In this document: positions 49,274 through 62,052 of the stretch, in pieces | How the letters are laid out: each line of letters starts with the position of its first letter | How positions within the stretch are numbered: the first letter of the stretch is position 1 | Assembly (NCBI RefSeq): GCF_001194135.2 | Contig: NC_068981.1 | Span: 76,919,990-76,983,989, forward strand | Origin: Octopus bimaculoides | Taxonomy: Eukaryota | Direction: 5' to 3' | Length of the DNA stretch: 64,000 nucleotides | Program-made: the position numbers and the translations under genes | Notes under the pieces: generated by a model | Seen by the model: only the letters and a program-made list of their open reading frames with translations | Told to the model about the DNA's origin: nothing | Databases searched by the model: none

Positions 49274-49338
49274 CTACGTACCATGGTTTCACCTGTTAAA
49301 ATTTACATACGTAAATATCTGCAGGATCGTCAGCGTAG
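49274..49338 (-). ncRNA. Type I hammerhead ribozyme motif (HHR-3)
   Basis: Minus strand: ctacg-CTGACGA-t cctg cagat atttac gtat gtaaat tttaa cagg t-GAAA-ccatgg-TA-cgtag. Stem I ctacg/cgtag; stem II CCTG/CAGG plus ATTTAC/GTAAAT; palindromic stem III ACCATGGT; GUA triplet. One defect: U.U at 10.1-11.1. Confidence 0.85.
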
Positions 49339-49596
49339 TCCGTGGATTCGCTNNNNNNNNNNNNNNNNNNNNNNNNNNNNNNNNNNNNNNNNNNNNNNNN
49401 NNNNNNNNNNNNNNNNNNNNNNNNNNNNNNNNNNNNNNNNNNNNNNNNNNNNNNNNNNNNNNNNNNNNNNNNNNNNNNNNNNNNNNNNNNNNNNNNNNNN
49501 NNNNNNNNNNNNNNNNNNNNNNNNNNNNNTATATATATGTGTGTGTGTGCGTGTGTGTGTGGGTGGGGGTTGTGTGTGTGTGTGTGTGTGCTTATA

Positions 49597-49780
49597 CGAG
49601 GGAATGCTGAAAAGTTCCTGGGTTTGGACAAAAGAAAATACCGGAGGATCAGATAATTATGACTTTATCCAACATATTGCAGCAGTCCTCTTTTTCTAAG
49701 CCCTGTAAAAGAACTCGGAAATCTGGTCCTCCAATCAGGCTTTTTGTGATACCCTTCAAACCAGTCGTTGAGTAATTACT
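49597..49780 (-). mobile_element. Mariner-like transposon remnant (one TIR plus transposase C-terminal debris)
   Basis: TA followed by cgagggaatgctgaaaagttcc, a mariner-type TIR start; inner sequence reads EDQISEFFY on the minus strand. No partner TIR found. Confidence 0.45.
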
Positions 49781-50029
49781 ACTTCCGAGGTTCTGCTAGT
49801 TGCAATGCATATGTAGCCTAAATTTTACCTGCTCCATTCCCTAAACTTGAATTTTTATTCGTATAATTAGCAACCCCAGTTGCTAACCATCAACTATAAA
49901 ATAACTTTTGTCAGCTTATTGAACTTCGATATGGGAAAAATGTACAGCTTTCTACACCAATAAACCACTATTGTTCTTGAAACTTGTTGCATCTGGAACA
50001 GAAGATATTGATTGGTTTAATACTGGCTT

Positions 50030-50205
50030 CAAATTTTGTCACAGGGTTAGGAACTTCGAGGGAGTGAATAAGTCGATTACATTGACTGCTGTGTTTAACG
50101 GGTATTATTTTATCAACTCTGAAAGGATGAGAGGGTAAGTTGACATGAGCAGAATTTGAACTCAGAACGTAAAGACAGACGAAATACCGCTAACCATTTC
50201 GCTTG
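50030..50205 (-). mobile_element. tRNA-derived SINE, family A
   Basis: Reverse complement contains ttagcggtatttcgtctgtctttacgttctgagttcaaattc and the family-A tail. Confidence 0.75.
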
Positions 50206-50237
50206 CTGTTGATTGGTTTTATATTATAAGTTGGGAG

Positions 50238-50350
50238 AAGGCAGCGAGCTGGTAAGATCGTTAGCACGCCGGGCTAAATACTTAGCGGCATTTCGTCCTT
50301 CTTTAGGTCCTGAGATAGATTTCCGCAGAGGCTCTCTTTACCGTTTATCC
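50238..50350 (+). mobile_element. tRNA-derived SINE, family A, 5' half
   Basis: ggcagcgagctggtaagatcgttagcacgccgggctaaatacttagcggcatttcgtcc. Confidence 0.75.
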
Positions 50351-50639
50351 TTTGTTGTTGTAAATTCTTTATACACCCTTGCAAGGTTACATTCGTCGAC
50401 ATATGCATTTTGACACATAGATATACGCACACACAAACACATACACACACTCACACACAAACACATACACACACTCACACACGCACGCGCACATGCACGC
50501 ACACGTATCTATATATAGCTAAATTCACTTACAACTCAAGCACGCGTGTATGTATAAATAAATGTACAAGCATAAACATGCATGCAAACATAACATAAAC
50601 ACATAGACATGTATTTTCGTAGCTGCACCAAGATGTATA

Positions 50640-50640
<1 letters not shown>

Positions 50641-50717
<77 letters not shown>
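50641..50717. repeat. (TG)n microsatellite
   Basis: Direct run; similar (TG)n/(CA)n/(TA)n tracts occur throughout, e.g. 10470-10500, 58270-58345, 59700-59905. Confidence 0.95.
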
Positions 50718-50720
<3 letters not shown>

Positions 50721-52828
50721 TGTGGTCACTGGTGACCATGGGATTACACCTAGAAAGTTCCCCCTTCGAGGCACAAGTCCAAGTGTCCTATCCACATCAC
50801 CGATGTTGTCTAGGGGAAATGCGAAAGCCTATACAACTTGGCACATGTGACGTCGCAACTCATTCCTATAGCTGAGTCAGGATGTATCGCTCAGCAGTTT
50901 GAGCAACAGGCTTACAAGCGTGACTTTGCGATTTCGATTCCCGGACCGGTTTGTGTATTGTCTTCTTGAGCAGAACACTTTATTTCACATTACTCAATTT
51001 TACATATGTATTTATATATACACATGTGTGTGCGTGTATCTATCTATATGTATATGTATGTACGCATGTGTGTGTGTGTGTTCATATCTATATACATTTC
51101 CATGCATTCATTATTAAGCCACATATACTGTTCGAGCCTTAAAAATTTACAACTAATTCGAAACTTCGAAGTTATTATTAACCTGGAATACATTTCTGAA
51201 GTGTATAGTGTGATCTGTCAATTAATGTTTGGCAGCTTTCACCAATAATTATACGCGAAACAAATATTAATTATTTGAATGCAAATGGGAAACGTATTAA
51301 ATAGTTTTTATTAGCGAAGTATCTCGAAGCAAACACTGTTTTGATAAGAACATCTGACACATTGGCCTTCTTCCTTCTTAATGGAAAAATGCTTGAAAGC
51401 AGCCTGCATGCCCCAACCATGTTTCTTCTCTAGATTAAGCGCAGGTGCTACTAACTACATTAAAGCAAAAGCAACTTTTCTTTCTTTTATCAAATTAAAT
51501 GTTTTTTTTTGTTTTTTTTGCTAAATCCTTCCATCTGTTTATTTTATTTTTGGTTTTATCTTATATTTATCATTTTTTGTATCCTATTATCTTTTTTTTT
51601 TCTTAAGTTCTATGAAGTCTTCCCACATTTTATGTCGAAGATAATTCAGTACCTGTTTTGATCAAAGATATCAAAGATATAAATGACTTGCAACTGTTAG
51701 TATTCCATATATTAATGTGAGAACCTATCAACCTTTTTCTCTGTACTCTTAACGTACATGTATCTCTCTCCATCCCAACATTTCGATTTTGTTCCCCTTC
51801 TTTATCTTTTTTTTTTATGAAGAACGTGCTTCTAACCAACGTACAACGCTATCAACATTGCATTCACGTTTTAACCGATTCTGACATGTTTCTTTTGCGA
51901 AAAGTAGTCGGGGAGAAGATCCAGCACTATTGATATTAGAACCGTATATCCAAGTTTTATCACTAAGTTTTATCACGGTAACAAGGAATAGGCATATTTT
52001 GTTTTGTTTTCTTTTTTATATATATATATCTTGCGCGACGAACTTCTACAGATGCCTACTACACACACTTCACAAGACAATTTTCCTGGAGTGCAGAACG
52101 CAACACAATTTAGCAATATAATCCTTGTCCGTTGTCGCTGGATATGATCTGGATATGATCTGGGACGGTCTTCTGTGGACATGGTTGACTTAAAATGCTG
52201 TTCCTACTCATGACACTGCGAACAGCTTAAATAATCCATCCGTCGGCAGCATCAGTTCAAGGGTTGCTGTATACAACACTATAGTCGCGAGTGTACTGCT
52301 TCAGCTGTCTATTTTTTCTGACAGAAAGTTTTGTTAGAAGACAAATCTAATATATATTGTTATTCGATTTACATTCAGATCATACGCATACTTTCTCCAC
52401 AATGCTTCTTGCTTGTTTCTCCAATCGCACTAACTTCATGCTTTTGTCTATTGTCTCTCCATTCATTGTTTTACATAGTCTCATACCCAACAATATCATA
52501 CACGCTTTCACAATCTTTCCTAATAAGTAAACGTCCTCCATACTGATGCCACGGCTAATCCCAGTATTGTTTTCGCAGTTCCGCAAATGGTCTCGGCGTT
52601 CTTCCCATTCTTTTCTATCGTCCCTTTGTAAGTTCTCTTCATATTTCATTATATTTCTTCTTTCCTATTTATTTTTTTGTGACTCACTACTATACTTTCC
52701 CCTTGATTTCTTCCCAGCATTTATGCAAGTATTTTTTTATACAACTGCATGTATACGTATCGGGCATGTATGCATATTCATATGAATATCTATCTATCTA
52801 TATATATATATATATATCCCTCTCCCCC

Positions 52829-52878
<50 letters not shown>

Positions 52879-53439
52879 GTACATATGTGTGCGTGTGTGT
52901 GTATGTATATATATCCTGCGCATATGTTTTATATGCTACTATACATTTTGTTCTTAGTTACAACGCCTAAACAATAGATAAAGTGATTTACTCTAAAATA
53001 TTAAATCCCACTAATTGATAGCGCCATTGTTTTCATCATTTAATTCAACAACGAAGAGAATCCTAAAAAACTCTCTATATGAATCAAAAGTTTCATTTAC
53101 AAATGAAAATCCTTTTTACAGACTATATCTCTTGCATAATCCGTTGCCATACAACTAAACTTATTCGAACAGTATCTCACTGATACTGTGAATTTATCTC
53201 TTGCTGTTGCTTTCGTAATAAAAAGAAAGTTGAGGCTTATATTAAAATACCAATTGAACCTGCCAACCCAATGTTATACCTACAAACTAATCCCCACCAA
53301 AATCTCTCCCTTCAATTAAAAGCAAATAAATACTATTACTAATGTCACAAAAAGTAATAGAACAGCCCCATCATAAAGCCACTTGTATTCGCACGTTAAT
53401 TAAATAAACACGTCTCGCAGCTGTTTTCAAAGATCATAG

Positions 53440-54460
53440 CCATCAGAAACACCACGACGACCAGCAGCCGAGTGGGCAAGTAGCTTTCCCTAGGAACTAT
53501 AGTATATGAGATAACATTCACTCTAATAGGGATAATGGAACGAGTGAACGAATACAAGCTTCATCTGTGTATCGCTTTTCTTGATTATGAAAAGGCCTTT
53601 GAAACGTCGAGATGAATGCAATATTGAAATCTCTGGATATTGCGAAGTGTCAAACGGTCCGGAGATGCGAATTCTGGATATACTATAGATATAGTACTCC
53701 TATTACCATCAATAAGCTTTCCAATTTGGAAGGGTTTCAAGCAAGGAGATACCATCTGTTCAAAGCTCTTTACTTGATGTCTGAATGGTCGTCAATGACA
53801 TTGACTGCACAGGAGGCATGAACACTAATGGCCAGAAATTAACGTCTCCGATTCACAGATGACATTATACTCATTATTGAAACCACAGACCCACTGCAGA
53901 CCATAGTGACAGAGCTGGGCACTCACAAATTAGCAGTAGGCCTCGAAATAAATTGCATAAAAACAAAGTCTATACAGTTGGAAGATGTAACACTAGGACA
54001 AATAGAGATGGGAGGCGATGAAATCGAGGTGTTAATCTAGTTTTCTACTTTGGTTACATTCAATATGCGCCAAAATATGGGTGCCGGTGCTGAAATCCCA
54101 AAGAGAATAAGCGCTGTAAAGGATATGTTCAAAACAGAGATAGACAATAGCATACGTGCCACACTCTTCAATAGCACCGTCCTAACTTCGCTCTTTATAT
54201 ATAGATATGATGTGGGCTACCACGAAGGGGATGCAACGCAAAAGGCCGTGGAAAGATCCATGCTGGGAATATTGTTACAAGAGCATATTCGAAATGAAAT
54301 TATTGGAGAACAGATTAAACGGTGTGATCGCGGAATACGGAAAGCACCAGTTCAGGTAGGCCGAACATGTCGCAAGGCACATCAGGCGGACCGCTACGTT
54401 GTTAAGGAGATTTGGAAGACTTCCACAGCGATAGAAAGACGGCCTATTTTAGTGATTTGA
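53440..54460 (+). mobile_element. RTE-clade LINE reverse transcriptase fragment, decayed
   Basis: QQPSGQVAFPRNYS..DNI, MERVNEYKLHLCIAFLDYEKAF, RFTDDIILI (YADD position), GLEIN..KTK, later RATLFNSTVL and QKAVERSMLGI; frameshifted. Confidence 0.75.
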
Positions 54461-54473
54461 GTTAAGATTTGTA

Positions 54474-54554
54474 ATAACACTGTTACAGTGTATTCTTTAT
54501 CTATCGTCGGCAATATCAACCATATTACGATATTGGAGACGTAAGGATGTAACA
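54474..54554 (+). repeat. Gypsy 5' LTR remnant (last 81 bp)
   Basis: Aligns without gaps to 56951-57031 with 10 mismatches in 81 nt. Confidence 0.85.
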
Positions 54555-56748
54555 TCTGGTGACGAGGATTTTTCGAAGCTCACGTATATTATTTGGCAAT
54601 TTGTGCGTCATACAAATTGTTCGATTATGGCGAACCTATTAGCTGCAGAATTACAGCTCCAAGAGAAGCAACAGGAATAACTACAGGAGTTGCAAAAGCA
54701 AATATTACAACAATATAAGTTAATTTAGTTACAGTCAAGGAAGTCCGAAAATTCGGTAAGTTCGTTAACGCCAGACGACGTGGCGAACTCGATTTCTGAA
54801 TTCACTTATAATCCAGAGGAGGGTATTATGTTTCCTACGTACTATAGAAGATACGAGAACATTTTTAACAAAGATTGCAAGTCATGGTCGGATGAGGAGA
54901 AAGTGAGGCTATTACTGCGCAAGGTAGCTACGGTTGAGCATGAACGCTACGGTAACTTTATATTGCCGGAAAAGTCGGGTGAGATTAGTTTCCAAGAAAG
55001 TATTGAATTACTATCAAAGACCGTTTGCGACAAAAGTTCGTTATGTAACACTTGAATGGAATACTGGAACATAATGATGATTACTTTATTACATGCGCCA
55101 GAGTAGTCAACCGTATGTGTGAAAACTTTAAACTTCAGGAACTCACTCAGTATAAGTTTAAATCCCTTATCTTCGTACGTGCTCTTACGGCAACAGACGA
55201 TAGAGAAATTCGGGCAAGGATTCTCTCAAAAATGTAGCAAGAGAACCAAGACTTAACCCTACAAACCATTGCTGAAGAGTTTCAAACAACGGAAAACCTG
55301 AAACACGTCGTGAAAAAATTCAAGAGAAAGATACCGCAAAAACACAGACATGTTGACACGGAAAGTACAACTAAAAAGAGTGCCATATCCCAATCCATGT
55401 TACGGATGTGGAGACCTATAGTTCAGAATCCGAAAACGCTATAGTTGTTTGAAACTTGGTCACAAGAGGTCACATTGCAGGACAAGATTACGGGGATCGA
55501 ACGCAAAAAGTGCTCAGGTGTTTTCCACAGAAAATGAATACGACACAAAAACAAGAAAATTCGTACACGTAAAAATAAATGGTGTAAATATTAAACTGCA
55601 GTTGGATACGAGTAGTGATATTTCAATCATAAATTCGGATACATGGAGAAAAATCGAGAAACCGAGATTACATAAAACAGTAAAAATTGCATGTGACGTG
55701 ACGGACGATAAATTACACTTCCTGAGCGAAATGTGTACAGACGTCACATTTTGAGGAGAAGCACGTGGAGCAAAAATATTCGCTCTGGAGAATAATATCA
55801 ATCTGTCTGGTACAGATTGGTTGAAGTTATTTGACATATGGCACTTCCTCATAAGTCTCTACTGCAAAAACATAAATGTTTGTCCCTTTAGAAATCGTTT
55901 GAAGAAATGAAGAGAAAATTGGAAAAGATATTTCCTCGAGTACAAATTTAAATGGGGGAAAAATTTTCTCCGAATTGGATCTGTCTGACGCTTATTTACA
56001 GATTACAGTAAATGACAAATGCTCAAAGTATCTGATAATAAAAATATATAAAGGATCGTATATATGTACCCCGCTTACGTTTTGGATTAAAAGCTGCACC
56101 GGCAATATTTCAGCAAATCATGGACGCTGTTATCTGATTGCGAAGTTGAAATCACTTATTTGGACGATATATTGATTAAGAGTAATTCGCGGGAACAGCA
56201 TGTAGAGCATATAAAAGCTGTGTTAAGAAAATTAAAGAGTACGGGTTCACTTTGAGTGAAGAAAATGCGAATTCTTTTTGCCTCAAAATAAGTACTTAGG
56301 GCAAATAATTAATAAAAATGGTGGACGGCCTGATCTATCGAGGGCTTACGCAATAAATAATATGCCTGCTCCGACAAATATATCAGCATTACACGCGTTT
56401 TGGGAGCTGACAAACTGCTACCGAGACTACATTCCTAACATGCACAAATTAAGAGCTCTAAAGAATGACTTATTTAAAAAACAAAGTTAAGTGGAATTGG
56501 CAGGTTAAATGCCAAAATGCATTTGAAGAAATAAAAAACAATTCTAATCGCAGATTTGTCTCTAGAGCATTTCGATCTTGAAATGAACATTGTTGTAGCG
56601 TCTGATGCTTCGGAATACGAAATAGGAGCAGTTTTGCTACACAAGTATAAAAGTGGAAGTAAGAAACTAGTGAAATACTAAATAATAATAATAATAAATA
56701 AATAAATTTTCTTTATTCCTTCGGAATTCGAAATCTCAAAAAGGGAGA

Positions 56749-57031
56749 TGTTGTGGCGAGAGTACGACACCCTCAAATAAGATTAGACGGGACCACTACA
56801 TATAAATATTAGCGGTTTGACTGAGTCGGCGGTTCGTAGTTTGGTCTTCGAAGTCCAGAGTCAGTTTACAGTTCGAGTTAGTGTGTTGGAAATATTGATT
56901 GTTCGTTCGTCACGTGTTCGTTACTGCCGCTGTTCTTATTTTGTATTGTTATAACACTGTTACAGTGTATTTTTAATCTATTGTCGGCAATATCAAACGT
57001 ACTGCGATATTGGAGGCGTAAGCATATAACA
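56749..57031 (+). repeat. Gypsy 3' LTR (283 bp, TG...CA)
   Basis: Starts tgttg right after the PPT and ends taaca, matching the 5' remnant. Confidence 0.85.
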
Positions 57032-58080
57032 AAATAAGTATGCATCTATTTCTCCATTCGTACATACATGAAAGTGTTCGCGTGTAAGCACCTTATACAT
57101 ACCAACACACACACATAAACATACACACATATATCCATATATATATATATANNNNNNNNNNNNNNNNNNNNNNNNNNNNNNNNNNNNNNNNNNNNNNNNN
57201 NNNNNNNNNNNNNNNNNNNNNNNNNNNNNNNNNNNNNNNNNNNNNNNNNNNNNNNNNNNNNNNNNNNNNNNNNNNNNNNNNNNNNNNNNNNNNNNNNNNN
57301 NNNNNNNNNNNNNNNNNNNNNNNNNNNNNNNNNNNNNNNNNNNNNNNNNNNNNNNNNNNNNNNNNNNNNNNNNNNNNNNNNNNNNNNNNNNNNNNNNNNN
57401 NNNNNNNNNNNNNNNNNNNNNNNNNNNNNNNNNNNNNNNNNNNNNNNNNNNNNNNNNNNNNNNNNNNNNNNNNNNNNNNNNNNNNNNNNNNNNNNNNNNN
57501 NNNNNNNNNNNNNNNNNNNNNNNNNNNNNNNNNNNNNNNNNNNNNNNNNNNNNNNNNNNNNNNNNNNNNNNNNNNNNNNNNNNNNNNNNNNNNNNNNNNN
57601 NNNNNNNNNNNNNNNNNNNNNNNNNNNNNNNNNNNNNNNNNNNNNNNNNNNNNNNNNNNNNNNNNNNNNNNNNNNNNNNNNNNNNNNNNNNNNNNNNNNN
57701 NNNNNNNNNNNNNNNNNNNNNNNNNNNNNNNNNNNNNNNNNNNNNNNNNNNNNNNNNNNNNNNNNNNNNNNNNNNNNNNNNNNNNNNNNNNNNNNNNNNN
57801 NNNNNNNNNNNNNNNNNNNNNNNNNNNNNNNNNNNNNNNNNNNNNNNNNNNNNNNNNNNNNNNNNNNNNNNNNNNNNNATATTAGAGTGCACAATAGAGG
57901 TATTTAATAGCTACTAATTTCTTATTCTTCAGGTGCAAACTGCATATCATAACGAACTAAAATTAATTAATAATAGAAGAAACGCAAAAATACTGAGAAG
58001 GTAACACATAAAAAACGCAGAAAGTAAACAACGGTAAACGGAAAACTAAAACACAACAACTAAAATGTAAAAAATGAAAA

Positions 58081-58246
58081 GTATGTGGTAAGTAGCTTGC
58101 TTACCAACCACATGCTTCTGGGTTCAGTCGCACTGCGTAGCACCTTGCGCAGATGTCTTCTGCTGTAGCTTCGGGCTGACCAAAGCCTTGTGAGTGCAAT
58201 TGGTAGACAAAACTGAAAGAAGACCGTCGTATATATATATATATAG

Positions 58247-58345
<99 letters not shown>

Positions 58346-58530
58346 GGTGTTTGTTCCCTCATCATCGCTTGACAACCGACGTTGGTGTGTTTACGTCCAC
58401 GTAACATAGCGGTTCGGCAAAAGAAACCGATAGAATAAGTACTAGGTTTACAAATAATAAGTCCTGGGGTCGATTTAGTCGACTAAAGGAAGTACTCCAA
58501 CATAGCTGCAGTCAAATGACTGAACAAAAT
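58081..58530 (+). mobile_element. SINE family B, near full length with an internal (TA)n(TG)n tract
   Basis: tRNA-like head (tgtggtaagtagcttgcttaccaaccacatg...ggttcagtc), internal microsatellite, and a 3' half shared with 27872 and 46693. Confidence 0.75.
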
Positions 58531-58678
58531 AATTTGCATATTATGCTGTGAAGGTATGATCGGATAAGGATGGTAAGTTCTAATTAGTCACATAGTAAAA
58601 TAATTGAGTCTAATGCAATTATAAGATTGTAGTGAATTATTAGCGAGGCAAAGAAATTATATTTAATAATTGCTAGGT

Positions 58679-59101
58679 GGAGGCGCAATGGCCCAGTGGT
58701 TAGGGCAGCGGGCTCCCAGTCGTAGGTTTGCGGTTTCGATTCCCAGACCGGGCGTTGTGAGTGTTTATTGAGCGAAAACACCTAAAGCTCCACGAGGCTC
58801 CGNNNNNNNNNNAGCGAAAACACCTAAAGCTCCACGAGGCTCCGGCAGGGGATGGTGGCGAACCCTGCCGTACTCTTTCACCACAACTTTCTTTCACTCT
58901 TTCTTCTTCTTTCTGTTGTACCTGTAATTCAAAGGACCAGTCTTGTCTCACACTGTGTCATGCTGAATATCCCAGAGAACTACGTAAAGGGTACACGTGT
59001 CTGTGGAGTGCTCAGCCACTTGCACGTTAATTTCACGAACAGGCTGTTCCATTGATCGGATCAACTGGAACCCTCGTCATCGTAAGCGACAGAGTGCCAA
59101 C
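58679..59101 (+). mobile_element. tRNA-derived SINE family C, near full length
   Basis: A-box TGGCCCAGTGG (58689-58699) and B-box GGTTTCGATTCCC (58732-58744), followed by a GC-richer body of about 350 bp; interrupted by a 10-N gap. Confidence 0.8.
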
Positions 59102-59698
59102 TAATGCAGTAAGATATAGTCTGGTATATGCCTCTATATTAAAGTACTCGCGTTGTTGACTCTAAATAATTTAGACTGTTTTGATAAATGTTCGGAAATT
59201 CTCTTGGCATGATAAAGTAACTGGTTTCAGTACTGTGACTTAAAGGAGTATAAAAGTGTAGGTTATTGTGGCCCATTGTAGGCAAACTAACTGATACTCA
59301 ACTAAATCACACAACTGGCAGAACCCATTTCGCAGCCTGTCTGACTGTGCCATTTGAATGAATCGGATATGCGGATAAAATTGTAAGCAACTGTTAGAAT
59401 TTCTTAGGATATAAAATATATGCTTATTTATTCGACATTTTGTTTTTAATTCTGCATTAATCGATGTCTAACATAACGCCACCCAGGTTAAGTACGCGTG
59501 TATTGCAAAATATCACAATCTATATATGATATTTATCTATCAATGAATGTATATGTACGCGTGTATTTTTATATATATACTAATACACATATGCTTAATA
59601 TTTATTTTGAAGCAACAAATTTGTTTCAACACAAATTCACATCGAGAATCTTACAAACCAAATACAAAACTGATGCATAAAATATGTTTATTCATATG

Positions 59699-59771
<73 letters not shown>

Positions 59772-59844
59772 GTGTAATATATATGCATGTATGCATGTAT
59801 GTATGTATATATAGATATATTCATATATATAGAGAGATAGAAAG

Positions 59845-59907
<63 letters not shown>

Positions 59908-60799
59908 CATACCCATGTATGCATGTAAGTATTTATATACATGCATATCAATAAAGTATAATCTAAAACAAAAATGTATTTAGAAATCGATATATCCAAA
60001 ATCAAGCCGCTAAGGCAGGGAGAATAGATTTTGCAATAGGTCTTATTTGAAAGCATATAGTTCAGTCATGCCCACACAAATAATCGGGCAATTCTATAGA
60101 GCTAAGAAAAACAGGTCAGGCGGTCCCTTGAAATCGATTGAGGTTCTCTGTAGCATGTATACTGTTATGTGATATTTATTATCAAAGGAAAATTGAATAA
60201 AAACAACACATTGTGTTGCTTTTCCGTGATTTGCATCTTTATAGGAAACGTTTGTTACTCGTTTATATTAATTAAAATAAGTTTTAGTATCGAATTATTC
60301 TTGATTCAGTATATAATGAAGCCGATAATTTGAATTATATATATATATATATATATATATACTATGTTATTTGTTGCAAACTACTTCAATCTAATTCGAG
60401 GAAAAGGTATGTGTCTTAACTGAGATCAAAATACCGGAATCTTATTCTAGCAATCACGGGCTTTGTCTTCGAAGTGGCTATCAGTCGTATAAGGACTTTC
60501 CGACAAAAGACAACCGTTGCTTGATAGAAATTGTGTTGCCATCTGTTTGTTCGTCGGAACATTTTCTCTTAAAGCCAAAAATATTTCATTAATTAGAAAA
60601 CAGATTCACAAATCATTGTTGTAAATTCACTTTAGTTTCCATCTTCATTGTTGGCTCATGTGTTGTTAAGAGTGGTTGAGTTGTCTTAGTGTATTGAATC
60701 CAGTGATGTTTCCTTGTTGATACGAAGAAAATTGTAATTCTTTGGTTAAATCAAGATGTATACCAGTACGTTATACATATGTATTTTCCAAGATATTGC

Positions 60800-61300
60800 A
60801 CAGATTTAAGAAGCAAGTTCATTCGGGAAATGGAGAGTTATTTTGAAGAATATTGGCTATTCCTTCCTGTGTAAGTAGTATCGTCCCGTTCGAAAAGATA
60901 AACTTGTGTTGTTGGGTACAGTTAGCGAAATATTAACTTCGAGTTGAAATCGTTATCGTAACTCTAATATTCTAATAGTCTATGTATACATACTGGATTT
61001 ATCTGATTCAATCACGTGTTGCTTTGTTCTGTCATTTGATGCTGTGAGCGATGTTCTTGTCTTTTAGTTTCAATGTGGATTACTAATTTCGTGATTTGTG
61101 CCTTGTTACTACGCCTGAATGATGTTTAATAACTTTGAAATATGTCTTTCAAGTCATCCTTTCACATACCAATGTACACTTGTTTCGACTATTTTAAGTT
61201 GGTATGCTTGAGATGACTCCAGCTCCGTATGCAAATGACGTGACATTGTGCGCTTCATCTATGGGCAAGGTTCTGGAAATTTTCAACACGAAATTATGCA
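60800..61300 (-). mobile_element. Decayed Penelope-like GIY-YIG endonuclease fragment
   Basis: Minus strand across frameshifts: PEPCP, NVTSFAYGAGV, KQVYIGM*KDDLKDIFQSY*TSFRRSNKAQITKLVIHI, KLKDKNIAHSIK*; same motif order as 21140-21480. Confidence 0.65.
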
Positions 61301-62052
61301 ACAGATATGCTCATTTCACGATCATAATGCACATATCAACACTGCGATAAATCTATAAATTGGGGCTTATCAACAGAAAACCGACAGTAGACGCCAAACA
61401 GACTTCAGCATCTACATTCCAACAACAACACATTCACCAACAATAACAGAAGATTCTTCAATAAAATAATATATAAAAGAATATGCTTACTAAATGACGT
61501 TTCTTTTATTTTGAGGTTGTTTTCAAATGAAACAAATACCTAGTCATCAACAGAAGGCAAAATATGTTTTATAATAGTGGATTAGCACCTGCTTACTCTA
61601 CCTGAAAACAAGTTACATTTCTTTGACTTTGAAGACTAATCTGAAGATTACCGGAATAAATGGAATCGGCTTTATCTAAGATAAACTACAAACCATTTTC
61701 TAATGCTAAAGTTATTTTTTATCGCAAAAAGATAGTTTNNNNNNNNNNNNNNNNNNNNNNNNNNNNNNNNNNNNNNNNNNNNNNNNNNNNNNNNNNNNNN
61801 NNNNNNNNNNNNNNNNNNNNNNNNNNNNNNNNNNNNNNNNNNNNNNNNNNNNNNNNNNNNNNNNNNNNNNNNNNNNNNNNNNNNNNNNNNNNNNNNNNNN
61901 NNNNNNNNNNNNNNNNNNNNNNNNNNNNNNNNNNNNNNNNNNNNNNNNNNNNNNNNNNNNNNNNNNNNNNNNNNNNNNNNNNNNNATATATATATATATA
62001 TATATACATACATACATACATAAATACATATATCACACATTATTTACATATA

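Larger units (their letters stand above)
54474..57031 (+). mobile_element. Ty3/Gypsy LTR retrotransposon, internally deleted and inactivated
   Basis: 5' LTR remnant ending in CA (54554); PBS TGGTGACGAG (54557-54566); gag-like ORF ANSISEFTYNPEEG..YYRRYENIF; protease LDTSSD (55602-55619); RT LDLSDAYLQI and LDDILI (56160-56177); RNase H VASDAS (56598-56612); PPT aaaaagggaga (56738-56748); 3' LTR. No integrase seen. Confidence 0.88.

Noticed and set aside
58679-58750. Possible tRNA gene
   Set aside because: A and B boxes are present, but it continues into a 350-bp repeat body with no cloverleaf or poly-T terminator; it is a SINE head.
58771-58844. 32-nt direct repeat in SINE family C
   Set aside because: The two copies flank a 10-N gap exactly; typical contig-overlap artefact.
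61229-61243. Adjacent octamer (ATGCAAAT) and CRE-like (TGACGTGA) motifs
   Set aside because: They lie inside the decayed PLE coding relic; short motifs are expected by chance.
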